A stretch of 63,998 nt of DNA, filler included, from Octopus bimaculoides (GCF_001194135.2; 6 parts of 5 records of this genome joined end to end with filler, not necessarily neighbours in it); one strand, 5' to 3'; numbered from the whole stretch's first letter, positions 13,074 to 26,229 are shown. Notes: generated by a model not told the origin, from the sequence alone. A program made the numbers and translations.

Positions 13074-13384
13074 AGTGTAAATCCATTTCTAAAATAATTT
13101 TATGTTCCTACAGTCACTTTTTTCTTTCTGTTATTCTCAGTGTCTGCAAAATATTTCATAAATTTCGTTGTTCTTTAATATCCTGCACCGTTGATTTTAC
13201 TCGAGGCTGATATCACATATGTGCTCCTCCTTTATAATATCATCGAGGGCTACAACTTATATAGAGTTGTTGTATTAAAGAAGTAATTTGGCTTACTCAG
13301 TTGGGCTAGTACTACATACTCTTTTCTCGATTTTTCCGTTTTTCACTTTTTCGCTTACTTGCTTCAGTCAATGGACTTTATATA

Positions 13385-14270
13385 CGAGGTGCGTTCAAAA
13401 AGTATCCAATTTAATTTTTTTCCCGCCAGAACTATTGCCCAAACTCTTTGGGTAGGTGACATCACTCTTTCTGCTCATGCGTGAACATTTTCGTGCTAGT
13501 AGGCCATGTTGGTTCCCGACTGTTATGCCTAGAGTACAGACGTGTAGTGAACGCTCGCCAGATTTTCATTTTCAAGCAAGATGAGCGAACGCATCGAGCA
13601 GAAACTATAAACCCATCTCTCATCACCTACGATGATGGTCTTCACGAAGTGTGGATCGTGGTTTGCACAGTCCAGAATGTCCTGAGCGGTCTCCATGCGA
13701 AGTTGCGTATCTGCTCCGTCAGCACCTTGGGGACGAATTTCGCTGGCACTCTCCGCATGAACAAATCCTCAATTAAAATAGAATGCACTGATCCTGTACT
13801 TATTCCCATTTCGAGAGCAATTTCCTGGAGAATTCGGAGAAAAGTCTTCCATGACTATTCTCCGAACCTTCTCAGTCGGTTCCTCGCCTCAGCTGGAGGA
13901 TGGCCTACTTGAGCGTGCCTGGTTCTCCACTGAGATGCTGCTATCTTTGAAGCGGTTGTACCACTGCTTGATCTGAGTTTTGCCTATGGTATTATCGTAA
14001 AATGCCTATTGAATCATCTGGATATTTGAACTTGATTATCACGAAAATTTGGAAAAAACTTGGTGAATCTCTCCTCGATGCATTCGGTTATCTTTCGTGA
14101 AAACGAAAATATGAGCTATGCGCATGTCCATATTCTAGGCAAAACAGACGGAAACTGACGCAGCCTACCGACATGAAAGTTTTCATGAGTGCACAGAAAG
14201 GGTGGTGTTGCATCTCACCCAAGCATTTGGTCCACGCGGTATTAGTTGGATACTTTTCCAGCGCACCTCG
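13385..14270 (-). mobile_element. Internally deleted mariner transposon
   Basis: TIRs CGAGGTGCGTTCAAAAAGTATCCAA / CGAGGTGCGCTGGAAAAGTATCCAA with TA on both sides. Minus strand encodes EIALEMGISTGSVHSILIEDLFMRRVPAKFVPKVL and, frameshifted, TIIVGDERWVY. Confidence 0.9.
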
Positions 14271-14349
14271 TATATATCATGTATCATATATATGTGTGTG
14301 TGCGTGTGTGTGTGTATACATATATATACCTATATATATATATATATAT

Positions 14350-14449
14350 NNNNNNNNNNNNNNNNNNNNNNNNNNNNNNNNNNNNNNNNNNNNTTAATTA
14401 ATTAANNNNNNNNNNNNNNNNNNNNNNNNNNNNNNNNNNNNNNNNNNNN
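14350..14449. other. Artificial scaffold linker (44 N + TTAATTAATTAA + 44 N); also at 24447-24546, 40982-41081, 53650-53749, 62347-62446
   Basis: Five identical 100-bp blocks; the 12-mer gives stop codons in all six frames. Confidence 0.95.
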
Positions 14450-15675
14450 ATATATATATAAGTTTCGAAGGTCTAGCTTCGTTGGACTTACAGAAATCAA
14501 CACCAGTTGTGAAGTGTTGAGATACAATGATAAAAACATTGACGCACGCGCGCGCGCGCACACACCCACACTAACACACGCACACACACACATACATGAG
14601 TGTTTGTGCGTGTGTGTGTACATACATGTGTGTCCGTGTGTGGTAGGAATGTAAAAAAAAATCTTCAGTATCGAAGAATATTCTTGTAAAAGTAAATAAA
14701 ATTGAGTGTTCTGAGAATTATTTTCTGCTTCAACTAGTAGATGTTTACATCTAACGATTTGTAAACATCTAACCATTAACGTAGAAAATAATTATCAAAA
14801 AATTCATTCTTATTCATTTTGCTGTCATATAAATATTCTTATCTAGATCTATTGCATAATTCAAACTTCATTCAGCCCAGCGACCCTTTGCATAGATGGT
14901 GGGTAGTTTATTTACCGATTCCATATACCTCCAATTCGCCAAGGTAACTTCGGGTCGTAAATTTTACTGACAATCTTCATAAACAGTGAAATGCTTATTT
15001 GTTATTCACGTGGTCGGTTCCACTCTGCTTTCGTTCTGTCTGTAGATAATATTTTTTAACACACTACATCTGCACACACACACACACTATATATATATAT
15101 ATATATATATATTACACACACACATACACACATATTTGTATAATAAGCTGTGGATTCAGGGAATCGTGTGGCTATCTCAGAAGGCTCCTCTTACAGATAC
15201 GGCTAACACTTCACATAGCAATCTGATACAGAGAAGAGTAAAGCAACTGAAATCCAGAAGGTTCAGCAAGTGAAATTATTTGATGAGGAGTATATAAATC
15301 ATAAGAGGGGAATATACATTTATTTACCTACGTGTCATCCTTAGGGTTACGGCTGTTTCGCAACCTTCTCCATGTAGTATTCATTTCAGTGTGGGAGATA
15401 TTACGCTTACATGTTCACATTAATATGTAATCCCCGCTTTATACATCGCAATTATATATTCACAAACCGATGCAGATAAAGAAAGCTACGTCATTAGATG
15501 AGCAGAACATTAAGGTTACCCCAACGATTTAACTCGAAACGACCGTAACTCTAAAGATGTCACGTGGTAAATGTATATATTCGCATCTCTCACCTCCTGC
15601 TTATTTATATATATATATATATATNNNNNNNNNNNNNNNNNNNNNNNNNNNNNNNNNNNNNNNNNNNNNNATGCA

Positions 15676-15721
<46 letters not shown>

Positions 15722-16114
15722 CACTATGTGGGCTTTAATTGTATTGCATTAATGGAGGCGCAACTGTACTTATGGTACTTAGTATGGATTAACCTGATCG
15801 TCCTTCGTTTTAAACAATTTCAAACTTACGACTGAAGGAAGTTATGTTGACGTGGTTGAATTTCAGTATAACAACATCATTAGAGGAAGGGATAACTATT
15901 ATGCATCTTTGCTATTGCTGACTTGTGTCTTTGACATGTACATGTAATGAATGTAGGAGAGTTTAGCACGTTGGGTGTCCTTGAATGCATATGCCACCTA
16001 CACCGCCAACTCATTGGATTTGTTCCAGTTTTGCTGGACAGCGGAAAAGACAGAGAAAAGTAACAGTTTCTTATCTTCCCAATCTCTCTCTCTCTCTCCC
16101 CCTCTCTCTCTCTC

Positions 16115-16150
<36 letters not shown>

Positions 16151-16253
16151 AATTTATAATCCATTCTGTATATGAAGGGTCCTCCAATGGTTTGTATAAT
16201 CAGCAATCAGGTTTTCGATCAATAGAATTACATAGTTGTTAAATTAACATATA

Positions 16254-16536
16254 CAGTAATCCCTTGACTATTGCGGGTGTTACGTTCTAAAAAAACCCGC
16301 GATAGGTAAAAAAAAATCCGCGAATTAGAAACAGTGCTGTGCTGTATATTTTTTTAAATCATTTTTATAATTTGTATATATTAATTTTAATATAAATGCA
16401 AAACAGCACCACAGAGGAATCGACCCAAGCTTAAATAATAAACCGCGATAGGTGAACCACGATAGATGAACCGCGATAGGTGAACCGCGATAGGTGAACC
16501 GCGATAGGTGAACCGCGATATGGTGAGGGATTACTG
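16254..16536. mobile_element. pogo/Tigger-like MITE
   Basis: TA|CAGTAATCCCT...AGGGATTACTG|TA; internal 14-bp repeat aaccgcgataggtg in about 5 copies (16441-16520). Confidence 0.85.
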
Positions 16537-16989
16537 TAAATCGTTGAATATTCCAAAAATACTGTTATCCTTAAACTAATTGCACGATCGACTCAGAGTG
16601 ACATGCATAAGCTTTGTGCTGTTGTCTGACCGCTGAATTAGACTGGTATTAGCATATTTTGCTGATCGTGTGACTTCGACAAGATTCGAACATAGGATTT
16701 AAAGGTGTGAAACTCAACTTTTACATCGTTCCTCCGCATACGCCATACATTTTCACCACGTTCTTATATAACAAATTGTCTTACAGACTAATTTGTAATA
16801 TAGAAATATGCTGAGCAATTCTGAGAGTAAAAATTAGTCAAATAAAACCAATATGAATGTGAAATATAAAAACTTGAACCGAGATATTCCGAGTAAACTC
16901 GGTCAATCTATTACTTAGCGTTATTGCATTAACTCTTCAGTAAAGCATATTGAGAAAATGCAAGCTTGCGCATGACCTCGCCAAAACAA

Positions 16990-17350
16990 GGGTAAAATTA
17001 AATCACTTGCTGTATATGGATGACCTCTATATGTATACGTAAAATGAAAAACAGAAAGACCTGGATTCTCTGATCCAAACGATATGAATATTTATCATGT
17101 ATATTGGGATGCAGCTTAGGGTAAAAATGTGTGCCGTGTTATTTATGAAAAGAGACCGAAAGATTAAATCTGATGCTATGAAATTAGAAAGTGTTATACC
17201 GCTGAGAATTAATGAGATATACATATACCTAGGGGTGCTGCAGTACAATTAGGGTAATGAAAATCAAAAGAGTGTAAAAGAAGGATAAAGAAGGTGCCAG
17301 AAACGAAACTAAATGGAGAAATTATGAAAGCAATAAATACATGAACCATG
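16990..17350 (+). mobile_element. Degenerate non-LTR retrotransposon RT fragment, R4/Dong-like
   Basis: KLNHLLYMDDL (YMDD at 17013-17024)...IGM...CAVL.MKR...Y.YLGVL...KLNG..KAINT, with stops. Confidence 0.75.
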
Positions 17351-17381
17351 ACAGTATTAAAAACAAACAAGAAAAACTTCC

Positions 17382-17423
<42 letters not shown>

Positions 17424-17439
17424 TTTAAAAAAAGGATTG

Positions 17440-18692
17440 ACGTAACTCTTCACGAAGGTAAATAGTCAAAACGAAGAGCGCGATTTTAGATGTTTTATTT
17501 TTTTAACAACATTTCGACAGAACGTCTGTCTTTCTCAAGTTCAAACCAAAAGGTGATTGAAAATTCAAAATTTCAGAAACCAAACGTAGACTATGAACGT
17601 GAGTAATCAGCGTCCATNNNNNNNNNNNNNNNNNNNNNNNNNNNNNNNNNNNNNNNNNNNNNNNNNNNNNNNNNNNNNNNNNNNNNNNNNNNNNNNNNNN
17701 NNNNNNNNNNNNNNNNNNNNNNNNNNNNNNNNNNNNNNNNNNNNNNNNNNNNNNNNNNNNNNNNNNNNNNNNNNNNNNNNNNNNNNNNNNNNNNNNNNNN
17801 NNNNNNNNNNNNNNNNNNNNNNNNNNNNNNNNNNNNNNNNNNNNNNNNNNNNNNNNNNNNNNNNNNNNNNNNNNNNNNNNNNNNNNNNNNNNNNNNNNNN
17901 NNNNNNNNNNNNNNNNNNNNNNNNNNNNNNNNNNNNNNNNNNNNNNNNNNNNNNNNNNNNNNNNNNNNNNNNNNNNNNNNNNNNNNNNNNNNNNNNNNNN
18001 NNNNNNNNNNNNNNNNNNNNNNNNNNNNNNNNNNNNNNNNNNNNNNNNNNNNNNNNNNNNNNNNNNNNNNNNNNNNNNNNNNNNNNNNNNNNNNNNNNNN
18101 NNNNNNNNNNNNNNNNNNNNNNNNNNNNNNNNNNNNNNNNNNNNNNNNNNNNNNNNNNNNNNNNNNNNNNNNNNNNNNNNNNNNNNNNNNNNNNNNNNNN
18201 NNNNNNNNNNNNNNNNNNNNNNNNNNNNNNNNNNNNNNNNNNNNNNNNNNNNNNNNNNNNNNNNNNNNNNNNNNNNNNNNNNNNNNNNNNNNNNNNNNNN
18301 NNNNNNNNNNNNNNNNNNNNNNNNNNNNNNNNNNNNNNNNNNNNNNNNNNNNNNNNNACAGCGTGTAGATACTCCAATGTTCGTTTTCTTGGAGTCAGAT
18401 ATAGAGGTCAATAATTCTTTTATGTTCTTATTCCGTCGAAAGGCTACAATGGGCGGCTGAGGAAATGTTTGTTTGAAACTGGGATATTTTTTCACCACAT
18501 GTTGGTAACTTTCATGCAACACTTTTGAAATGCCAGCGAAACGTCGGTGCCAGTTAATCACTAAAGGAATTCTGTAATCTGTTGTATTTTGTTTGCTAAG
18601 ATTAGGCATGTAGGTTTTACTATCTTTGCTAATCTTAGCTATTTCACTTGCTATTTCCTTTAAACGTGATTCACTGTAACCTCGTTTAACAT
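17440..18692 (-). mobile_element. 5'-truncated Penelope-like retroelement (RT C-terminus, linker, GIY-YIG endonuclease end), interrupted by a gap
   Basis: Frame reads KRGYSESRLKE...RIPLVINWH...FPQPPIVAFRRNKNIKELL and, after the gap, EILNFQSPFGLN; these are characteristic PLE RT-EN linker and EN C-terminal motifs. Confidence 0.85.
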
Positions 18693-18767
18693 AATGACAT
18701 ACAAAATAATAATATCAACATCGAAAAATACCTTAGGAATTAGAACCCAAGTTCGAAATTTCCCCAA

Positions 18768-18813
18768 GACACCTGACGAAGGCTGGACGATATATCAGCC
18801 GAAACGTTGTGAT
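18768..18813 (+). ncRNA. Minimal hammerhead ribozyme motif (same family)
   Basis: GACAC-CUGACGA-A-GGCUG...CAGCC-GAAACGUU-GUGAU. Confidence 0.7.
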
Positions 18814-18984
18814 AACAACAAACAAGATGAGGACAAATATCCGTCAAATGTAAAGTGTCATTCTGTATTCGGAAAAAATGCTAACAAAAACTCTTGAGAT
18901 TTGAGGAAATCTGTTGTCACCAAAACTCAAGGCAACACCACTGCCAACTGAGAAAGCATTAAATAGCTTTATAATATTATTAAT

Positions 18985-19421
18985 ATTAGTAATAATAATC
19001 CTTTCTACTGAAGGTGCCAGGCCTGAAATTTGGGGGTTGGGGTTAATTGATAACATCCACCCCAGTACTGAACTGGTACTTATTTTATCGATTCCGAAAA
19101 GATTAAAGACAAAGTCAACCTCGGCTGAATTTGAACTCAGAACATGACGACGGACCGCTAAGCATTTTGCCCGGCGAGTTAATAGTAACAATAACAATTA
19201 TTATTATTATTTCTACTCTAGGAACAAGGCCTTGAAAATTTTTTGGTGGGAAGAGGGCGAGTTGATTACAGTACTTGACTGTTACTTATTTCATCGACCC
19301 CGAGAGGATCAAAGGCACAGTCGACCTCCAAGGAATTTGAACTCAGAAATACCGCTAAGCATTTCACCCGGCGTTTTAACGATTCTGCCAGCTTGCCGTT
19401 TTTTTTTGTTTTTTTTTAATA

Positions 19422-19490
<69 letters not shown>

Positions 19491-19530
19491 AACAATAATA
19501 ACAATAATAATAACAACAACAACAACAACA

Positions 19531-19568
<38 letters not shown>

Positions 19569-20160
19569 TTCAAAATTTGGCATCAGTTTTAGTTGAGAAA
19601 GTCGACTACCTCGACCCCAGTGCTCAACTAATAGTTATTTAATTGACACCGAAGAACGAAAGGCAAAGTCGGCCTCAACATGGCTTGAACTCATAATATA
19701 AAGCCGGGCGAAATACAACTAAGCATTCTTGTCCAGCGTACTAACCATTCTGTCATCTCACTGCCTGGCTAGTAATTTTGGGGAGTAGTTAGTCGATGTT
19801 TTCGACTCCAGTATGTTACTGGTGCTTCATTGTAGCGATTCCTAAAGGTTGAAAGGCAAAGTTGAACTCGACGGGATTTGAGCTCAGAGCGTAAACAGCT
19901 GACAGAAATGCCAGAGTAGTTTGTCATTCGCTGTTATAATTTCGCTAATCTACCGGTTTTAAAATTTCTTTTACCTAGCCATAGCTTAGAAATTTGATTT
20001 GAAAAGACTGGTCGATTATATCGACTTAATTATTGGTGGTTTCTTTATTTTATCGATTTCAGAAAAAAAAAGAAGAAAGAAGTTAATTTCGACCTCAACG
20101 ACATTTGAACTCGAACAAATAACGCGAGGCATTTTGTGCAACACTTTAACGATTTTGTCA
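18985..20160 (-). mobile_element. Cluster of about five SINE family D copies
   Basis: Repeated GAGTTCAAATTC..CCGAGGTCGACTTTGCCTTTCATCCTTTCGGGGTCGATAAAATAAGTACCAG-type blocks. Other copies near 1925-2075, 11800-11890, 12690-12850, 21410-21600, 21605-21740 and 49500-49715. Confidence 0.85.
19420..19568. repeat. (TTA)n followed by (AAT/AAC)n microsatellite
   Basis: Read directly; the two halves are reverse complements. Confidence 0.95.
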
Positions 20161-20556
20161 AATAATATGAGGAGTTCTAACACAGAAACTGGGTCACGTA
20201 TCTTAACAGACGAACCAACTGTTGATTATTCAACAACAGTATGGGAAGACGGAAAGTAAATTCTACCTAGACATATATAATAACAAGAGCACTCAGAGAT
20301 CGCAAACCACTGCGAACGTTGCTTTATTTTGGCACTACGGCCGCTACAAAGACAAACACAAAACCACTGTGGGAACAAAAACATAAAACGAATGAAAATG
20401 AGATGTTATATAAAAATGAAAAATGAAATGGTTGCATGGGCCCCACTCCCATGCGGTATCATTTGAACGTTTATATAAACTATTTACAATCATTCTATTA
20501 TCTTATTGTTGTTTCTTAATCTCGTTTTTCCTCTTTTATTTTTAAATGAAACAATT

Positions 20557-21400
20557 TTACTTTTTTCCTTCTTTCTTCAATAAAACAATTTTACTTACTT
20601 TTTTCCGTTCTAAATCTTTTAGCTCCACTACAGGTGGCAATTCATCGAACTCCACCATCACTCCTCGAAAGTCAATCCCTTCTCCACACATGTCTTTTAG
20701 TCTGTTGTAGGTATCCTTGTCAACCACGATGGCCTTCCCATTCTCGGAATACACATCCGTGGGCAAGTTTACTCTTATAATATGTTTAAACTTTAATACT
20801 TTCTTTTCAGTTTCTTTACTTTCTGCGTACGTCACAAAATTCCATTGAAATTTTCCTTTTCTTATTAGTTTTCTCTCTTCCTGCTCCGCTCCTAGTACCT
20901 TCTTCTTTTCTTCCGCCACTCCGAACTGTCTCTCCAGTTCCGTTTCTAAATTTTCTTCCTCCACTGGAACGACCGGTGTCTTCACCAATGTCTGTTCCCT
21001 ATGCAACTCCCTTTGAACACTTCAAGTTGCTTTTCGTTTATTTTATCCACCACCATTTCATCTTCCTTCCTTCTGGTCTCCTCCTTTTCCATCTCTTCTT
21101 TCTTCTTTTTCTGTTGCTCTGGCGGAGAGCTCACTCTCCCACTTCTCTTTCTTTTTTTAAACACCGTGAACCCTTCCTCCGTTGTTCTCTCCTTTATATC
21201 GACCTGTACCACCTGGTCCGTGCTTTCCTTCCTCTCCGTCTGCTTTTCATTTGTTCTCTCTGGGAGTACCTCGCCTTCATGTGGCCCTTTTCTCCACATG
21301 TATAACACAGGTGGCCTGCCTTCCGCCACAACTCTCAATCTTACGTCATCGGGCTACACTAACTCTTAGGTCTTCCACTGTTGCTTGAACGGTTAACTCT
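20557..21400 (-). mobile_element. Frameshifted retroelement ORF1/gag-like relic with CCHC zinc knuckle
   Basis: EGRPPV followed, after a frameshift, by CYTCGEKGHMKAR(Y) at about 21260-21310, then E/K-rich ORFs 20982-21338 and 20557-21006. An L1/Tx1-like assignment is inference. Confidence 0.6.
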
Positions 21401-22478
21401 ATTCCATATCCCCAGTAGTTAACTCTTTGGGTTTTTGTGGCTTTCAGTATCTTGGCCTCCTCACTCATGAGTTCAAATTCTGCCGAAGTTGACTTTACAT
21501 ATCATCCTTTCAAGGTCGATAAATTGAGTACCAGTTGGGTACTTAGGTCGATGTAATCGGCTATCCTCCTGCCCCAAATTTCAGGCCTTGTATGAAAAGA
21601 TTATTTGACCAGTACTTTATTTTATCCATCTCGTAAGAAAGAAAAGAGAAGTTAACCTCAGTGGAATTTGAACTCAGAACTTAAAGAAACATAAGTATTG
21701 CTGCAAGGCATTTTATCCGACGCCATAACGATTTTCTGCCAACTAGACACTCTATATGGCCATGATTTATTAGATGAACGGGTCACTTGATCGCAACGAT
21801 TTGTATATAGTTTATTTTGTCGACCACGGAAGGGTAAAAGATAAAGTCATAGATATCGATTTATTTTATATATTGTCCCCAATCTTGGGGTAAGAAAGAA
21901 TAAGTAGAGTGAATGCCTGGATGAAGTAGAAATTTGGGTTAAGTGGATAAATTAAGGGTGATGAGAGATTTAGATGTTAGAGAAGCAGGGATGGTTCTGA
22001 GGAGCTGATGCCAGTGTAGTAGCGAGATGGGGGAAACCTGAGTGAGGAGACAAAGTATCTCTGCGTGTGGGATAGGGGGGAGTTCGCTGTCGATCACTTT
22101 CATGCCAGTCAGTCAGGTCGCTTTCCTGTGTACATGTGTACTAACAATACCATCCTATATATGGAGGTAGCATTTAATTCCATTAATACCTGGATGATAT
22201 GTATGTGTGTGAGTGTGTGTGGAGAGACAGGGAAAGAGAGAGAGAGAGAGAGAGTGAGAGAGAGAGAGAGGAAAAACATACATATTCTTTCATAGTTTTA
22301 TTTTTTATATACTCTCTTACTCTCTTTTACTCTTTTACCTGTTTCAGTCTTTTGACTGTGGCCATGCTGGAGCACCGCCTTTAGTCGAACAAAGTGACCC
22401 CAAGACTTACTATTTGTAAGCCTAGTACTTATTCTATCGGTTTTTTTGCCGAACGGCTAAGTTATGGGGACGTAAACA

Positions 22479-22537
<59 letters not shown>

Positions 22538-23149
22538 NNNNNNNNNNNNNNNNNNNNNNNNNNNNNNNNNNNNNNNNNTTTACGACGGGCCTCTTTCAGT
22601 TTCCGTCTACCAAATCCACTCACAAGGCTTGGATCGACTCGAGACTATAGTAGAAAACACTTACCCATCTTTTATTTCTGTCACTGGACTGCAGCGAAGG
22701 AGGGGCTCCACCTTGAAGGGTTTACTCTAGTGGTTCGCAACAGGGGTCCAATATGGCCTATGGGGGACCATAAAAGATTTTATTTTAAAACGTTATGTGC
22801 AATTAATTTATTATACTCCTATAATACACAATGCATTTTATTTTTTTTTATACAATTCTTAATAATGTTTAATTATAAAAATGTTGTAAGATTTGGCTAT
22901 GGAGGACCCGTCTAAGTAAAATAGGAATCCAAGCGGTCAATAGGCAACAAAAAAAAAAAAAAACGTTTGAGAACCCCTGGAATCGAACCCCTGGAATCAC
23001 AGTATATACGATTTTATATCTGGTACTTATTTTATCGAGTTATTTCACTGAATGGCTTTGTTTGAGAGAGGGGTGAAAACGAACCAACACCTGTCGTGAA
23101 GCAGGTTAAGGTACAAACACAATAACACGCGCGCACACACACACACACT

Positions 23150-23390
<241 letters not shown>

Positions 23391-23834
23391 ACAAGCATAC
23401 ATATTCGGTGGGCTTCCACATTTTCTATCAACGAAATTCACTCACAAAACGTTGGTCAGCCCGGGACTATAGTAGAAGACATGGCACGACATGGCACGGA
23501 GTGCCATGCTGTGTAGAAGACACCTGCATGAGGTGCCATGCCGTGGGACTGAACGCGAAACCATACACACACACACACGTATATATATATAAAGGTGCAG
23601 GCGTGGCCGTGTGGTAAGAGGTTTGCATCCCAACTACGGGTTCAGTCCTGTTGCTTGGCCCCTTGAGCAAGTGTCTTTTACACAAGCCTTGTTAGTGGAT
23701 TTGGTAGACGGAAGCTGAAAAGAAACCGGTCGTATATATGTATATATGTGTGTNNNNNNNNNNNNNNNNNNNNNNNNNNNNNNNNNNNNNNNNNNNNNNN
23801 NNNNNNNNNNNNNNNNNNNNNNNNNNNNNNNNNN

Positions 23835-23865
<31 letters not shown>

Positions 23866-24335
23866 AACCACATGGTCCCGGGTTCAGTCCCACTGCATGG
23901 CACCTTAGGCAAGTGTCTTCTACTGTAGTCTAGGGCCGACCAAAGCCTTGTGAGTGCATTTGGTAGACGGAAGCTGAAAAGAAACCGGTCGTATATATGT
24001 ATATATGTGTGTGTATGTGTTTGTGTATCTGTGTTTGTCCCCTAACATCGCTTGACAACTGATGCTGGTGTGTTTACAGCCCCGTAAATTAGCGGTTCGG
24101 TAAAAGAGACCGATAGAATAAGTACTAGGCTTACAAAGAATAAGTCCTAGGATCGATTTGCTCGACTAAAGACGGCGCTCCAGCATGGACGCAGTCAAAT
24201 GACTGAAGCAAGTAAAAGAGAGTTAAAGATTATATATATATATAAGGGAGAAGAGCCATGCAAGGAACGTGAAAATCACGGTGGTGCACCAGCATGACCG
24301 CAGCCACTTGGCTGAAACATATAAATAAAAAATAA

Positions 24336-24383
<48 letters not shown>

Positions 24384-24841
24384 GTATGTATATATGTGTG
24401 TATGTATGTATATATATATGTATGTATGTATATATATATGTATGTANNNNNNNNNNNNNNNNNNNNNNNNNNNNNNNNNNNNNNNNNNNNTTAATTAATT
24501 AANNNNNNNNNNNNNNNNNNNNNNNNNNNNNNNNNNNNNNNNNNNNATATATATATATATATACTATTATAAAATCTGGTAATTAATCATATATTAATTA
24601 ATATCGATTAATTATCAGGAGGCCAGCACATCTAAAGAATCAAAGAGATTCAGAAATAGTATCTGCAATCTCAGGGGATTAAGGTACATTTTATATATAC
24701 ACACATAAGTTTGTGTGTATACACATGTACACATATTGTCTGATGATTGTGATGGTAGTCAAAAATCAAATATGAACAGTCAAGTCACAAAATATAAAAA
24801 AAACAGCATAACAGAAATCAGAGAAAATCTGAGGCTCCTAC

Positions 24842-24914
24842 CTTTCTGCTTTTCAAGTTGTTCCTCAAGGCAACTTGTTTTGTTCATTTGATTTTCTAAT
24901 TCTTTGCGGAAGAA
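24842..24914 (-). CDS. CENPE: CENP-E-like gene, most 3' visible exon (FFRKELENQMNKTSCLEEQLEKQK)
   Basis: tttttgttcag acceptor, gtagg donor, 73 nt, phase 0 to 1; the gene continues past the scaffold break at about 24547. Confidence 0.75.
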
Positions 24915-25060
24915 CTGAACAAAAATATAAACCAGAAAACGTTTAGAGCAAAACACAAAAAGAATAAAAGTTCTTCAACTTACTTTTTCACTGAAGTAAG
25001 TCACTGACTTGATTGTATCAAAACCAGTTAGCTACCTCATATTTATTTGATTTACATCAA

Positions 25061-25530
25061 TTAACTGTTTAGCATTCAAATTACTTTGTCAAATGCAATG
25101 CTTATTTATTCATATTGTTTTGAATTAATAATTCGTTATCTCTTAGCTTTAAGATTTTGATGATGTGATTGTGTATGTTTAGAATGACATTATAGGGTAC
25201 ATGTGAGAGGCCAGATCTGTCTGGTCTGAACATAAAACTGGTACAATAATTGGGCCGGATATGGCCGGTTTAAATGCTAAAGGGTTAAAAGGGTTAAGTT
25301 TACCTTTTGTGGCTTAACCCTTTAGCATTCAGATTTACTCTGAATGTAATGTTTGTTTATTCACATTGTTTTGAACTAATCATGCATTATCTCTTAACTT
25401 TGAGACTTTGATGATGCAATTGTTTACTTTTTAGAATGACATTGTAGGGTAGGTGTAAGAGGTCAGATCTGGCTCTTTTGAACATAAAACAGGTAGAGTA
25501 TTTGAGCCAAATACGACTAGTTTAATGCTG
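25061..25530. mobile_element. Two adjacent copies of a TTAA-flanked piggyBac-like MITE
   Basis: TTAACCCTTTAGCATT...AATGCTAAAGGGTTAA termini; further copies at about 26598-26795 and 31868-32076 (reverse). Confidence 0.7.
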
Positions 25531-26229
25531 CTGGTAGTGGAGGTGGTACAGAGTCATGGTGGAGACACAATGGCCCAGTGGTTAGGGCAGCAGACTCGCG
25601 GTCATAGGATCGCGGTTTCGATTCCCAGACCGGGCGTTGTGAGTGTTTATTGAGCGAAAACACCTAAAAGCTCCACGAGGCTCTGGCAGGAGATTAGTCT
25701 CCTAATCAATAGTAGACTAAGCATAGTCCAATCTTCTTTTAAAAAGAGTCAACTCCTATGTAGCCATATTATTGGGACTTTAGTAGAAGACACTTGCAGA
25801 AGGTGCTATGCAGTGGGATTGCACACGGTTTCAGGTGCAATCCCACTAACTAAAGCTGTGTACGTGAATTTGGTAGGTGGAAACTGGAAGAAGCTCATCA
25901 AAAGAAAGACCCAGGACTACCTCATGAAGGAAATTCACTGCAACAACACACCTACCTTGTTGGGGCTTATTTCTCAGATGGGCTGCAGTTATTCCAATTT
26001 TGCAGAGGAAATTGGCAGTGCAGGGTCCAAGAACGCCTGAGGTCTTGACACTGACTGGCACAAACTGATAACAGCCGGTCAGGATCCTGTAATTGTTTAT
26101 CTTCCTTTCTTCTGCATTACAGGTGATGATACTCAGTTTTGCAGCCGATGCGGCAAGGTTGGAACCAGAGAATGTGTTATTTATGGTTTCTATATGCTCA
26201 ATTTGGAGAAACTTCTTTCATAAATGGTT

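Noticed and set aside
14394-14405. TTAATTAATTAA as a biological motif (homeodomain or piggyBac site)
   Set aside because: Always centred in 44+44 N, so it is an assembly linker.
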